This document shows, one piece after another, positions 35,306 to 46,936 of a stretch of 64,000 nt of DNA. Within the stretch, counting starts at the first letter, position 1. Every line of letters begins with the position of its first letter. The notes under the pieces were generated by a model. That model saw only the letters and a list, made by a program, of their open reading frames with translations. It made no database searches and was not told the DNA's origin. The translations under genes and the position numbers were made by a program. Source of the stretch: an uncultured cyanobacterium (lineage in GTDB: Bacteria; Cyanobacteriota; Cyanobacteriia; Cyanobacteriales; Cyanobacteriaceae); the NCBI GenBank assembly GCA_963710605.1, contig CAVQBA010000007.1, positions 192,001 to 256,000 on the forward strand. Direction: 5' to 3'.

Positions 35306-36328
35306 ATGGTAATAGATGTGAATAATACATACAGCTTTGAAATCAAAAATTTTGCCTTACAATGTGGTGTAATTTTACCATCAGCGAAGATTGTTTATAA
35401 AACCTATGGTAAGTTAAATGACGATCGTTCCAATGTCATACTATATCCCACATCCTATGGTGCAAGGCACGATAATATTGAATGGCTAATTCGTCCCGAT
35501 AGTATATTAGATCCTAGTCAATATTTTATTATCATTCCTAATATGCTTGGTAATGGCTTATCCACTTCACCGAGTAATAATCCGATCTGTAAACTAGCCG
35601 AGTCAAGTTTTTGGTTTACTCATTTAGATAACATCACCGCTCAGAAAAAGTTACTCGATTCTTTAGGAATTGAAAAACTAGAATTAGTTTATGGTTGGTC
35701 GATGGGAGCTCAACAGGCTTATCATTGGGGAGTATTGTATCCAAGTTATGTTAAACGTCTTGCTTGTCTTTGTGGTACGGCTAAAACCACAGAGCATAAT
35801 CAAGTTTTTTTATTAAGTTTACGTAGTGCTTTAACTGCCGATTCGGCTTGGAATGGTACTGAATTTACCACAACTGTCGATCGAGGATATAAAACTTTTG
35901 CTCGTATTTATGCTAGTTGGGCGGCATCTCAACCTTATTATAAACAACAAATTTATCGTCAACTTGGTTACGAATCTTTAGAAGATTATTTAGTTAGAGG
36001 TTGGGAAGCAAATTATCGTCAACGCAATCCTCATGATTTGTTAGCGATGATAGATACATGGTTACGGTGTGATATTAGTAATAATTCGCTTTATCAAGGA
36101 GAATATCAAAAGGCTTTACAGTCAATTACGGCTAAAACTTTAGTGATGCCATCAACTACAGATTTATATTTTACTCCTGAAGATTGTCTTGCTGAAGCTA
36201 ATTTGATTGGTGATAGTAAATATTTATCTATTGATTCTATTTGGGGGCATCGATCGGGAAATCCTTATCAAAATAAAGAAGATGAAATATTTATCGCTGA
36301 GGCAATACGAGAGTTAATGCGATCGTAA
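35306..36328 (+). CDS. Alpha/beta fold hydrolase, homoserine O-acetyltransferase (MetX)-like
   Basis: YKTYGKLN, PNMLGNGLSTSPS, nucleophile GWSMG, DLYF and SIWGH. Confidence 0.85.
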   Translation: MVIDVNNTYSFEIKNFALQCGVILPSAKIVYKTYGKLNDDRSNVILYPTSYGARHDNIEWLIRPDSILDPSQYFIIIPNMLGNGLSTSPSNNPICKLAESSFWFTHLDNITAQKKLLDSLGIEKLELVYGWSMGAQQAYHWGVLYPSYVKRLACLCGTAKTTEHNQVFLLSLRSALTADSAWNGTEFTTTVDRGYKTFARIYASWAASQPYYKQQIYRQLGYESLEDYLVRGWEANYRQRNPHDLLAMIDTWLRCDISNNSLYQGEYQKALQSITAKTLVMPSTTDLYFTPEDCLAEANLIGDSKYLSIDSIWGHRSGNPYQNKEDEIFIAEAIRELMRS

Positions 36329-36384
36329 TCAGGCTGTTAAAAATCGATCTATAGTAAGGCACGATTCGATCGGGACATTTTTTG

Positions 36385-36531
36385 TACCAAATTCAAAAAA
36401 CAAAGACACAGATCAATCCCCCTAAATCCACAGGGCTTACAAGCACCTGAAATAAATTCAGGTGACAGCCCTTCCCCTTTGTAAGGGGGACTTAATCGAT
36501 TTATGTGTCGCTTTAATAAATTGAATTGGTA
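36385..36531. mobile_element. MITE-like element family 1 with a nested palindromic insertion
   Basis: TIRs TACCAAATTCAA ... TTGAATTGGTA, inner inverted GACACAGAT/ATTTATGTGTC and a central hairpin. Confidence 0.65.
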
Positions 36532-36606
36532 TTAGATTTGCTAGTTTGAGATAAGCCAAGAGTAAGGGTTATAATGCAATTATCAAATTAAATTTTGTTA
36601 AAGCTT

Positions 36607-37917
36607 ATGAGAATTAATTGGCAATATGGAGACTCATCAATACTTGCAAAATATGCAGGTAAGCCAGTAATCAATAATGGGTTAGTTTATATTAGTGCAG
36701 GAAATCAACAAGGTTATCCAACTTTGTACTGCATCAATGCTCAGACAGGAATAGAGCAATGGCATTATACTTCTCAAAACAACGGTTTTGGTTTTACATC
36801 TTCTCAAATCTTCAATGATAATATCTACCTATTGAGTAAGTTCGGAAAACTTTTATCTCTTAATGCACTCACAGGAGATTTGAACTGGGAAGTTGGGGTT
36901 GAAAATATATTTTCATCTTTGCGAGGTTCATCTTCTCCACCTTCATCTTTGCCATTTTCGTCTTTGCCGATACCACTAGAATCTTCTCCAATAATAATTA
37001 ATAATATTATCTATGTTGGTAGCAATAATGGATGTTTATATTTGTTTGAACCTAATACTGGCGACAATTTGGGTAAAATTGAAATATGCGAACAAGGAAT
37101 AATAAATACTCCAGTTTATGTCGATGAATATAATCTAATTTGTCTTGAAATAAGCGATGGAAGTGTATGTGTCATCGATTTAGAGACACAAAAAGTTAAA
37201 TGGATGTATTCTAATCAAGAAAACAGACCTGAATTTGAGCAAGTTCAGAATTACAAAGAATTATTCCCCGATATATTATTGACATTATTCCCCCCCATGT
37301 CTCAATGGTTTAATGTGGCGTCTTCTGGTCTAAAATATATGTTCAATATTGGTGGAATTCCAATTGTGTCTAAAGGAATAGTTTATAGCGGTGGTGGTAG
37401 AACTAATTTTGTCGCTTTAGATTTGGAATCTGGAACTAAAATTTGGGAGTTTTGCTCTACACAAGAACTTGAACTTCAAAAATTGACATCCCCAGCAGTA
37501 AGTAATAATGTAGTTTGTTTTGGAAATAAAAACGGTACTGTATGGGCGGCAAATTCTGATAATGGTCAAATACTTTGGTCTTACGAGACTATTACTACTG
37601 TTAATAATTTCAATTTTGGCTCGATGTTTTCTCCAGTGATTAGTAACGATCGAGTTATTATTGGTGGAAGAGGAGGATATTTGCGAGGTTTAGAATTACA
37701 AACAGGTCAACAGTTGTGGAAATTTGAGGCACCTAATTCTGAAACATTTTCGACACAACCAATGGACTTATTTACTAATGCTGTCAATACAATAGGAAAA
37801 GTTTTTATTGATAATTGTCCTTCTTCGCAATTTTATTCACCCCTTGTTACCGATAATTCAATTTACGTAGTTGCTGAAAATGGCTCGTTCAAAACCTTTT
37901 TGTCATTAAGTATCTAA
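36607..37917 (+). CDS. PQQ-binding-like beta-propeller repeat protein
   Basis: Repeated (L)xA(L)(N/D)xxTGxxxW and SSPxI motifs; no signal peptide evident. ORF is open from 36595. Confidence 0.8.
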   Translation: MRINWQYGDSSILAKYAGKPVINNGLVYISAGNQQGYPTLYCINAQTGIEQWHYTSQNNGFGFTSSQIFNDNIYLLSKFGKLLSLNALTGDLNWEVGVENIFSSLRGSSSPPSSLPFSSLPIPLESSPIIINNIIYVGSNNGCLYLFEPNTGDNLGKIEICEQGIINTPVYVDEYNLICLEISDGSVCVIDLETQKVKWMYSNQENRPEFEQVQNYKELFPDILLTLFPPMSQWFNVASSGLKYMFNIGGIPIVSKGIVYSGGGRTNFVALDLESGTKIWEFCSTQELELQKLTSPAVSNNVVCFGNKNGTVWAANSDNGQILWSYETITTVNNFNFGSMFSPVISNDRVIIGGRGGYLRGLELQTGQQLWKFEAPNSETFSTQPMDLFTNAVNTIGKVFIDNCPSSQFYSPLVTDNSIYVVAENGSFKTFLSLSI

Positions 37918-38038
37918 ATCAATTCGTACTATGTCTAAAAATCAAATCAGCGATACGATCGAACTTTAGCTAGTTATTAAGACTGATGATTAACAGTTAA
38001 TAGTGAGTATAACGAAAATACGATCGATTATTTTTGGT

Positions 38039-39353
38039 TCAAGAAAAACGTTGATAAACAGTAACCAAACCATCGTCATCACCTACATTACCAGGGAATA
38101 AAACTACAGGTAAACTAGGAAACAAAGGATGATCTTTTTCGGTTGTAATCACCGAGCAACCTGCTAAAATTTGTCCTAATAATCGAGCTTCTTTTAGACT
38201 CAAAGCCGAACTTAAAACGTCATTAGATGTGATACCACCTTTACTAATGAGAAAACCAATATCAGAGGGCAAATTACGGGTAATATCCATTAAAACAGCA
38301 GATACTTGTTTGCCAAATTCTAATCTTGCGTCAATATTTTCAAAACTTAATTCTTCTCGGCTAGTATAAACAACAGGTGTTTTTTTACTATCTAATATTT
38401 GTTTGACTTTATCCAAAGCTGATTCTATGATACGATCGCGTTGTGTTAGATCATCTCTTAAAGCAACGACATCAATTTCGATACCTTCAACATCAGGTTG
38501 CGTCAAAAGTTGTTTGAGTTGTTGAGTAGTTTTGTTAACATGAGAACCAACGACAATAACACCATTATTATCATAAGGTTTATAAGTTGCCATGTCTTCA
38601 GCGGGTACGGGTTGTTTACCTAATCTAGCTAAGGAAGTTAAAATACTAGCTGCACTACGAAAAAGGAATTTTTTTCCTTCTTGGGCAACAACTAACAAGT
38701 CTTGGGCGAATAAATCTAAATCGGTTTGGTTTTCAGCATCAACTGCCACACATTGGTTATTTTTTAACTGACGCAATCTGTCTTTAATACCGTTTCTAAT
38801 TTCGTGAGTGACAAATTTTTCTACTTGATCGGCTTTAATTTTACCAGATGTTTTTTCTTCGACATAATCGGGTAAATAACTATAGCTATAACCAAAAACA
38901 GAATCATTAGCAAATTCGGTTTCATGAACGGGTGTAGGCACACCATCAATGATAAGGTAATGGGTTGAATTTTTGGTAATTCTGCCTCCTTCAAAAAAAG
39001 CAGGAATCAAAAAATGAGCGTCAAAACCTCCTAACTCAGAAGCAATGACATCGGTTTCTGAATGGATAATGCCCTCTGAGGGTAGAATCAGAGCGACTAA
39101 CTACCAAATATTCCGTAATACCTGCTTGAGCGATCGCTTTTTTAAGATTTTGGCAAACTTCTTGAGTAACTTCTTTTGCTTCTTGAGGAGATAAAGCACG
39201 AGTATTAGTTAAAACAAAAAATATCGGACTAGAATCACGTAATCCATCAACTAGGGTATCAACATCCCATTTCATTAATAATAAACAACTATGGACTGTT
39301 TGAGAACCTGTGGGGTCATCGTCTAATACAATTATTTTGGGTTGCTGATTCAT
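38039..39353 (-). CDS. Four-carbon acid sugar kinase family (DUF1537) protein; frameshifted near 39060
   Basis: IVLDDDPTGSQTVH, SRSDSTLRGHY, PAFFEGGRIT, SKGGITS and FPGNVG. Confidence 0.85.
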
Positions 39354-39703
39354 GTCGATAGTTGATAGTTGATAGTTGATAGTTGATAGTTGTTGCTTTG
39401 GCTAAAAACGCACGGAAACATCTAATCGTAAAATAAAGAAGCAAAAAGCCAAAAGTATTAGTTAGTTAAATGTTTGCTATACTAAATTTCAAGCCTACCG
39501 CAGCTGGGTATCCGCACATCCCCAACCCCTCTACCTTCGGTATCTCCCCTACAAAGGGGAAATTGGAATTTGAGAAGAGAATTGTTAAATTTTATTTGAA
39601 TTCGATTTTAGTATGCAATTAGCCAGATAATCTTCTTAAGTAGGGGTGCATGGCTTGCACCCTTAGACAAGCAATAAAGAAGGAAATTATCCATTTCGAT
39701 TAT

Positions 39704-40987
39704 CTAACTGAATTGTTCGTAAACTTCAAGGTTAAATAAAGTTTGTAAGGTTTGTAACGCTTCACGACGAGCTTCTATATCTTGTTGTGTACGTAATTGT
39801 ACCATTGGATCGTGTAATATTTTATTGACGATACCACGGGTTAAGGCTTCGATTACTTCTTGATGTTTTTCAGCAAATTCTGAACCTAAACGAGATAATG
39901 CTTTTTCTAATTCTTGTTCTCTGATTTGTTCAATTTTACCACGCAAACAGCTAATAGTTGGTACTGTTTCTAATGATTCCCACCACAATTCAAAGGCTTT
40001 GATTTCTTGCTCTAATAATACTTCGGCTTCTTTTGCCATTTCTCGACGACTAGCTTGGTTTTGAGCAACTACTTCTTTTAAGTCATCTACATTATAAACT
40101 TCGATCGATTCTAATTCATCGACATCACTAGCGACATTTCTCGGTACGGAAATATCAACTAACATCAAAGACTCTAAATTAGATAATTCAGACAAATTAG
40201 CTTTATCTAAAATTGGTTTTGTTGCCCCTGTGCTGGTGAAAACAATATCAGAATCACTGACTACATTAAGCATTTGCTCTAATGTTTCTAATTTTAGATC
40301 GACTAAAGAGAATTTTTTGGCTAACTCTTGCGCTCTATTTTTGGAACGATTAACGATCGTTATATCTGTAGCACCTCTAGAAACTAAATGTTTCACTAAT
40401 AAATAAGACATTTTACCAGCACCGATAATCGCAATTTTTTCTTCTGCTAAATTATCAGTTTTAAGATTAACTAATTCTACTGCCGCCGAACTAATTGAAA
40501 CCGCACCCGTACCGATATTGGTTTCTGTACGAACTCTTTTACCTGCACCAATGGCTTGTTTAAATAATCGATCGAGTAATCGACTCATTCCTTTATGTTT
40601 CATACCCAATTTATGAGTAGTTTTGACTTGGGCTAAAATTTGCCCTTCTCCTAAAACTAAGCTTTCTAAACCAGCGGAGACTCGCATTAAATGGCGAATT
40701 GCGTCTTGATGGAGCAACATAAATAAATTACGGCGTAATTGTCGTAGAGGAATTTGGCTCGTTTCAGCTAAAAACTGATTTATTTCGTTGACTCCTTGTT
40801 CGGTTTCGGATACTACTGCATAAATTTCTAAGCGGTTACAGGTACTCATAATCGCTACTTCTTCCATGTGAGGATAAGACAGAAGATGACGAATAGATTC
40901 TTCAATATTCGCTTCAGGAATACTGAGTTTTTCCCTAACTTCAACTGCGGCTGTTTTATGAGAAAGACCGACTACGACAATATTCAT
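39704..40987 (-). CDS. hemA: Glutamyl-tRNA reductase
   Basis: [31 protein letters not shown] and DISVPRNV. Confidence 0.96.
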   Translation of the reverse strand: MNIVVVGLSHKTAAVEVREKLSIPEANIEESIRHLLSYPHMEEVAIMSTCNRLEIYAVVSETEQGVNEINQFLAETSQIPLRQLRRNLFMLLHQDAIRHLMRVSAGLESLVLGEGQILAQVKTTHKLGMKHKGMSRLLDRLFKQAIGAGKRVRTETNIGTGAVSISSAAVELVNLKTDNLAEEKIAIIGAGKMSYLLVKHLVSRGATDITIVNRSKNRAQELAKKFSLVDLKLETLEQMLNVVSDSDIVFTSTGATKPILDKANLSELSNLESLMLVDISVPRNVASDVDELESIEVYNVDDLKEVVAQNQASRREMAKEAEVLLEQEIKAFELWWESLETVPTISCLRGKIEQIREQELEKALSRLGSEFAEKHQEVIEALTRGIVNKILHDPMVQLRTQQDIEARREALQTLQTLFNLEVYEQFS

Positions 40988-41314
40988 GTGTTTTTATTAT
41001 TTTAATTGGAAAATATAATGTGGTAACTATAAAAATGTGTCTTAACAATACTCATCATTACTGAAACTGCGTTGTTTGACAATTCAATCTCGATCTTTTG
41101 CAATGAAACTTTACTTTATAGCAAAGGGAAAAGTTAAATGGGCAAAGGGCAAAGGATAAAGATAAAGTGTTTATCAAATAAAAAAAGATCTATTTATCAC
41201 ATTTGCCCTAACTAATTCGTTGTTTACTATGGTTAAAAGTTAAGAGTTGAGAGTTAAGTTAGCGATCGCCTATTATCATTTTATCTTGACTAAACATCAA
41301 CAAGAAGAATGACC

Positions 41315-44008
41315 TTATTTTGTTGAAGTCGATCGTTTTGCTTTTGTTGTGGTAGTTTTCTTTTTAGCTGTGGTTGCCTTTTTAGCTGTACTTGTTGCTT
41401 TTTTTGTAGTTGTTTTTTTCTTAGCTGTGGTAGTTTTCTTCTTAGTTGTTTTTTTAGCTTTACTTTTTGTGCCTAATAAAGTGAGTGCTTTTTCCAAACT
41501 CATACTTTCAGCCGTTTCCCCTTCAGGTAACTTGACATTTTTTTTATTGTGTTTAAAATAAACACCATATGGTCCTTCATAAATATTAATTGGTTGCTCA
41601 TCATCAGGATGCACACCTAATTCTCTTAAAGGTTTTTTGGCACTTCTTTTACCTCTAGTTGCTTTTGGTTGAGCGAGTAATTCTAAGGCTCTTTCTAGAG
41701 TAATAGTTAAAACATCATCGCCGTCTTTAGCTTTAATCGATCGATAATCTTTACCATCTTTACCTTGGTCGTGGACTACATAAGGACCAAAACGACCTAA
41801 ACTAGCTTTAACTGGTTTACCTGTCTCTGGGTGTTCGCCTAAAGTTCGAGGTAAACGTAAATGATCTAATGCTAACTCTAAAGTTATATCTTCGAGCTTG
41901 ACATTTTTCGGGAAAGATGCTGTTTTAGGTTTTTTAGCTTTACCGATCGGTTCGTCACCTAATTGTACATAGGGGCCATAACTACCGATCAAGAGATAGA
42001 CAGGGAAATCTGTTTCGGGATCTTTTCCGAGTACTTGGGGACCTTCTGCTTTCTGTTTGAGTAGTGTTTGGGCTTGTTCGTTATCTAAATCGGCGGGGGT
42101 CAAATCTTCAGGGATAGAGGTTTTAACAATCTCACCTTCAAATTCAGCTTCTAAATAAGGACCAAATTTACCTATTTTAACAGTGTAATCTAAGTTATCT
42201 AAGGCGATCGCTTTAGCAATTTGGGGATCGATACCTTCTTCTCTTTCTTTGACTTGGGTTTGTAAACCTGTTTCACCTAAATAGAATTTTTGTAGATAAG
42301 GAAGCCAATCTTGTTCTCCTGAGGCTATATCATCAAGACTTTGCTCCATTTTTGAGGTGAATTTAGTATCAACTAAATCCTCAAAGTTTTTTTCGAGTAA
42401 ACTAGTGACGGCAAAAGCCTTAAATGTAGGTGTTAGTGCTTTACTCCGAATTTGAGCATAACCTCGATCGACGATCGTACTAATAATTGTCGCATAAGTA
42501 CTCGGTCTGCCCACACCTTCACTTTCTAATTTTTTAACTAAAGATGCTTCGGTATAACGAGCAGGGGGTTGTGTTTCGTGATTTAGTACATCTAACTTTT
42601 TACAATCTGGACGATCGCCTAGTTGTAAATTAGGTAAAATAACCTCTTGACTATCTAAAGCCGCTTTAGGGTCATCTGAGCCTTCTACATAAGCACGCAA
42701 AAAACCGTGAAAATCAATTTTTTTACCCGAAGAGCGGAAAATAGCATCTTCTACGGCAATATTAACCACAATTTGAGTTAACCTTGCATCCGCCATCTGA
42801 CAAGCCATTGTCCGTTTCCAAATTAGGTCATATAAAGCAAATTCTCGGTCTTTTAAACCAGTTTCTTTTGGTATTCTAAAAGTATTACCAGCAGGGCGAA
42901 TTGCCTCGTGTGCTTCTTGCGCTCCCTTTGCTTTAGTTTTATATTGACGGGGTTTAGGGCTAAGATATTCTTTGCCGTACATATTCTCAATACAACTACG
43001 AGCCGCCGCAATTGCTTGTGAGGAAAGGTGTACAGAGTCGGTTCTCATGTAGGTAATATAACCATTTTCATAAAGACTTTGGGCAATACGCATGGTATCT
43101 TTTGCTCCTAAACCTAATTTACGGTTAGCTTCCTGTTGCATGGTGGAAGTAGTAAAAGGAGGATAAGGGCGACGAATGGTTGCTTTTTCATCAGTATCAT
43201 TAACTTGCCAAGGTTTATTTTTTAAACGCTTCTGCAACGCCTTGGCTTGGGTTTCATCAAGGATAACAACTTTTTTACCTCGTTTTAGTTTACCTGTATC
43301 AGGGTTAAAGTCGTTACCTGTAGCTAGTTTTTGTCCATCAAGAGTGACTAGTTTAGCTTCAAAATCAGTTTTCTCATGATTTAATAGGGCTTTTAAATCC
43401 CAATATTCGGCTTTAACAAATGCTCTTCTTTCTCTTTCTCTTTGTACCAATAAACGGACGGAAACAGATTGTACTCTACCTGCGGACAAACCACCAGCTA
43501 TCTTTTTCCAAAGTAAGGGAGATAAAGTATAACCGACTAATCGATCGAGAATTCTTCGAGTTTCTTGAGCATGAACTAAATTCTGATCGATTTCCCGACA
43601 ATTATCAAGAGCTTTTTGGATAGCTTCTTTGGTAATCTCATGAAATACCATTCTTTTAATCGGCACTTTGGGTTTAAGTAACTCCAGAAGGTGCCAACTA
43701 ATACTTTCTCCTTCTCTATCTTCGTCCGTTGCTAAAATAACTTCTTTTGCTGTTTTGAGTGCTTTTTTAAGTTGTTGTACGGTTTTATTTTTGTTTTTAG
43801 GAATTACATAAATTGGCTCAAAGTTATTGTCAACATTTACACCTAACCTCGACCAATCATATTGTTTATATTCAGCAGGAATTTCATCCGAAGAAGAGGG
43901 TAAATCTCGAATATGCCCCATTGATGCTTCCACTTGATAGTCGTTGGGCAAATAATTTCTAATCGTTTTCGCTTTGGTTGGTGATTCAACAATAACTAAA
44001 GTTGACAT
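41315..44008 (-). CDS. topA: DNA topoisomerase I
   Basis: [34 protein letters not shown], Toprim_C repeats and a Lys-rich tail. Confidence 0.97.
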   Translation of the reverse strand: MSTLVIVESPTKAKTIRNYLPNDYQVEASMGHIRDLPSSSDEIPAEYKQYDWSRLGVNVDNNFEPIYVIPKNKNKTVQQLKKALKTAKEVILATDEDREGESISWHLLELLKPKVPIKRMVFHEITKEAIQKALDNCREIDQNLVHAQETRRILDRLVGYTLSPLLWKKIAGGLSAGRVQSVSVRLLVQRERERRAFVKAEYWDLKALLNHEKTDFEAKLVTLDGQKLATGNDFNPDTGKLKRGKKVVILDETQAKALQKRLKNKPWQVNDTDEKATIRRPYPPFTTSTMQQEANRKLGLGAKDTMRIAQSLYENGYITYMRTDSVHLSSQAIAAARSCIENMYGKEYLSPKPRQYKTKAKGAQEAHEAIRPAGNTFRIPKETGLKDREFALYDLIWKRTMACQMADARLTQIVVNIAVEDAIFRSSGKKIDFHGFLRAYVEGSDDPKAALDSQEVILPNLQLGDRPDCKKLDVLNHETQPPARYTEASLVKKLESEGVGRPSTYATIISTIVDRGYAQIRSKALTPTFKAFAVTSLLEKNFEDLVDTKFTSKMEQSLDDIASGEQDWLPYLQKFYLGETGLQTQVKEREEGIDPQIAKAIALDNLDYTVKIGKFGPYLEAEFEGEIVKTSIPEDLTPADLDNEQAQTLLKQKAEGPQVLGKDPETDFPVYLLIGSYGPYVQLGDEPIGKAKKPKTASFPKNVKLEDITLELALDHLRLPRTLGEHPETGKPVKASLGRFGPYVVHDQGKDGKDYRSIKAKDGDDVLTITLERALELLAQPKATRGKRSAKKPLRELGVHPDDEQPINIYEGPYGVYFKHNKKNVKLPEGETAESMSLEKALTLLGTKSKAKKTTKKKTTTAKKKTTTKKATSTAKKATTAKKKTTTTKAKRSTSTK

Positions 44009-44097
44009 ATAATCTTACAGCTTTTTTCTTTTGTTACTATTTTTTTTCGTCTCTAATTATTTAGCATAACTGAAATAATGAGTAATGAGTAAGTTTA

Positions 44098-44185
44098 AGA
44101 ATGGAGAATGGAGAATGGAGAATGGAGAATGGAGAATGGAGAATGAAAGAGTAACTTTTAACTGTTAACTGTTAACTGTTAACTG
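44098..44185. repeat. Adjacent STRR heptamer arrays (AGAATGG)6 and (TTAACTG)4
   Basis: Direct reading. Similar short arrays occur near 780, 2141, 4771, 9264, 14867, 16921, 18451, 39356 and 53030. Confidence 0.9.
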
Positions 44186-44283
44186 TTTTTATTTTTTCTC
44201 ACTTATTTCTAATACTAAGATACTATTGTTTCAATATACATCCGAGCAATTAACAATTAAGTAATATTCTCAATTCTCAATTC

Positions 44284-45144
44284 TCAATTCAGCCATTGTT
44301 GTAAAAGAGGATTAACGATATGGGGTGCTTCATCTTGTGGGCAATGCCCCAATCCTTCTAACTCAATAAAATCATTTACACAAGGATAATTGGCTAAATC
44401 TCGTGCTAAATCGATCGATTCCCAAGGATTTTTTGTCCCCCAAAAAAAGGTCACAGGGCAAGAGATTTGAGGTAATAAGTCCTCTGCCAAAGGACCTTGC
44501 GAATAGCCTGTAAAGGCTAAAAAAACCTCAACAGCACCTTCATCTTGAGAGGGTTGGTAAATTAAATCGATCAGTTCGTCGTTAATTGCTTCTTGGTTAG
44601 GATATGCTTGGGTGAGAATATTTCTAATTACTTTTGGTTTGGCTATTTGTTTATAAAAAAAGTTACCTATTGTAGGATTAGTTAATACATTCTGCATTAC
44701 CCCCGCCCCAACATTACGAATCCAAGGTAAGGTTTGTCTTTTTCTTTCGTGAAGTAGTCTTAATGAACAATTTAATGAAGCGATACCTAATACTAAGTCT
44801 GGGTAATCTACTGCCATTTGCATCGTCACAATACAACCGATCGAATTACCAACTAAATACACAGGTGTTTTAACTACTTCTTGACAAAAATCAGCTAATT
44901 GAGTTGCCCATGTGTCAAAAGTATAATCTAAGGGTTTACCCGGTGTTGGTTTATCCGACTTTCCAAAACCTAATAAATCGATCGTATAACAACGATAATC
45001 TTCACTCAATACAGAAATATTATTCCGCCAATGCCCGCTATTTGCTCCAAAACCGTGAACAAAAACAACAGTCTTTCCTGTTTCGCCACGATTTTGATAG
45101 CCAATATTAAAACCACGCCATTGCCATGTTTGATATTTATTCAT
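44284..45144 (-). CDS. Alpha/beta fold hydrolase
   Basis: VHGFGANSGHW, DLLGFGKSDKP, GNSIG and GHCPQDE. Confidence 0.88.
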   Translation of the reverse strand: MNKYQTWQWRGFNIGYQNRGETGKTVVFVHGFGANSGHWRNNISVLSEDYRCYTIDLLGFGKSDKPTPGKPLDYTFDTWATQLADFCQEVVKTPVYLVGNSIGCIVTMQMAVDYPDLVLGIASLNCSLRLLHERKRQTLPWIRNVGAGVMQNVLTNPTIGNFFYKQIAKPKVIRNILTQAYPNQEAINDELIDLIYQPSQDEGAVEVFLAFTGYSQGPLAEDLLPQISCPVTFFWGTKNPWESIDLARDLANYPCVNDFIELEGLGHCPQDEAPHIVNPLLQQWLN

Positions 45145-45229
45145 CAGTTAATAGTTGATAGTTGATAGTTAATACAGATAAAGTAAAAATACTTGGCTTA
45201 AACTTTAATACGATGATCGAGATAAAAAT

Positions 45230-45334
45230 AATTCTCAATTCTCAATTCTCAATTCTCGTCTTGGTGGACATTCCCTTGCGTCTGTCGCGACGCGGGCTTC
45301 CACCGCAATTCTCAATTCTCAATTCTCAATTCTC
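45230..45334. repeat. (AATTCTC)4-insert-(AATTCTC)4: STRR array interrupted by a GC-rich hairpin
   Basis: Insert spans 45258-45306. Confidence 0.85.
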
Positions 45335-45344
45335 AATTGTTTGT

Positions 45345-46784
45345 CTATATTTTCAATTCAAAGTCATTATCGCTACTATTAGCATAATCAAAAAGATTGT
45401 CCCAAGTATAATCAATAACTTCTTTAGCTTGTTCAATTGACAAAGCATGACAATATCCATCATCAGTTACGGTTACTAAATTAGTTTCTTGTTGAGCAAT
45501 ATTATTATTTAAAGAAGCTTTATTTTTGATTATTTTTCCTTTTATTTGAGCTAAATTAGCGATTGTTTTTTTAATATCAAAATCAATTTTGAATCCTAAT
45601 TCTTGGTTAGTCCATTGCTCTATTTTATCGTCAATTTGTTCAAAAGTAACTGGTTGTTCTGTCATTAATAAATGATAGTAAACTAAAATAATTTCTTTAC
45701 ATTCTTCTTCTTCAGCTTCATCAATAAGAGATTGAAAAACACCTAAATTAATTCCTAATTGGCGAAAGAATAAAGTTTCTGTTACTTCTTTTTGAAATTT
45801 AATATGTTTGCTTTTATAGTTAGTATATTGTTTAAAAGCAAAGCCACCAAAAGCCATTATTAAAGAGAAAGTAGTTAAAAGTACGGGCATAAAATCATTA
45901 ACGTCTTTTTGATTTACATCAACGTTTTCAAAAGGTACATTTCCTGTAGTAACAAAGAAAATAATCCCAATAATCAATAATAATTGAGGTAAAATTTTGA
46001 TAAATACAGGTACAGCCGCACCAATAGCCGAACCAATTAAAATCAAACGATCTTTTAAAGTCATTCTAATTTTAACATTAGGAAAAATAAAATCTAAATC
46101 AAATTTAGGAATATTTTTAAATAAATATATATATACTTTACCCGGTTGAAATTTAAACTTTTTTAATTCTTTCGGATCAAAATGATCTCTATTTTTGAAC
46201 TTAATTAGCAAGACTATTCTTTCAAAAACGTCTATTTTACGAGTAACTTTTTTTAAACCAAACCATTTTTTAGCTTCGATCGTTTTATATTTATCTGCTC
46301 CTCGATAATAACAAACCATATCTTCATAATCATCAAAATCAACGATCGTATTTAAATCTAATAAAGTTTTTTCTTCTAAAGCACTGGCTAAATTAGCAGG
46401 TGTAATTTCATCATAGTTAGCTTTTTCTAAAAGTTGACGAAAATTGGCGAGTAATTCTATTTTATTGTGATGAATTATTTCTGGATCAATTGAATATTTC
46501 TTGGGGTTGTTATGGTTATCATTAATATTGTTAATATTATCTACAGAATTGATACTTTCTATATTCTCCGTATCATCATCTTCAGGATCAAAATAAGAAA
46601 AATGCTCTTTTAATTGTTCAGATAAACTATGAAATTTAAAATGATAATAAGCGGATAGTATTTGACAAAATTCTCTAAATTTTTGTTTATTTTCAACGGA
46701 AAAGTTACTATCTTGAATACATAAATCAATTAATTTGTGCCGACTATAGGGGATAAACGATTCTCGATTTTTATAACTAGCCAT
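45345..46784 (-). CDS. TMEM143 / DUF3754 family protein
   Basis: RESFIPY, YYHFKFH, LFKNIPKFDLDFIFPN and EAEEEECKEIILVYY. Start placed at MASYKNRE. Confidence 0.8.
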   Translation of the reverse strand: MASYKNRESFIPYSRHKLIDLCIQDSNFSVENKQKFREFCQILSAYYHFKFHSLSEQLKEHFSYFDPEDDDTENIESINSVDNINNINDNHNNPKKYSIDPEIIHHNKIELLANFRQLLEKANYDEITPANLASALEEKTLLDLNTIVDFDDYEDMVCYYRGADKYKTIEAKKWFGLKKVTRKIDVFERIVLLIKFKNRDHFDPKELKKFKFQPGKVYIYLFKNIPKFDLDFIFPNVKIRMTLKDRLILIGSAIGAAVPVFIKILPQLLLIIGIIFFVTTGNVPFENVDVNQKDVNDFMPVLLTTFSLIMAFGGFAFKQYTNYKSKHIKFQKEVTETLFFRQLGINLGVFQSLIDEAEEEECKEIILVYYHLLMTEQPVTFEQIDDKIEQWTNQELGFKIDFDIKKTIANLAQIKGKIIKNKASLNNNIAQQETNLVTVTDDGYCHALSIEQAKEVIDYTWDNLFDYANSSDNDFELKI

Positions 46785-46936
46785 ATTTAATGAATATTCA
46801 GTTTTGCTCACAGAATTAGTTTTACAGGTAATTGATAATTGAACAATTGACAATTATGCTAAAGACGACGAGGTAAACCAAGTCTGGTGTATCGTCCTCT
46901 TATTATAATAGTTAATCAATCACAATCAATAACGTA

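Noticed and set aside
35306..36328. Calling the hydrolase metX
   Set aside because: Lacks the HALTG motif of true homoserine acetyltransferases (has YPTSYG); only a family-level call is supported.
41315..41470. Lys/Thr/Ala-rich repeat tail of TopA
   Set aside because: A known feature of TopA proteins with Toprim_C repeats; not novel.
45162..45440. 92-aa ORF containing ILNSQFS repeats
   Set aside because: Translation of the AATTCTC array; overlaps the DUF3754 gene on the opposite strand.
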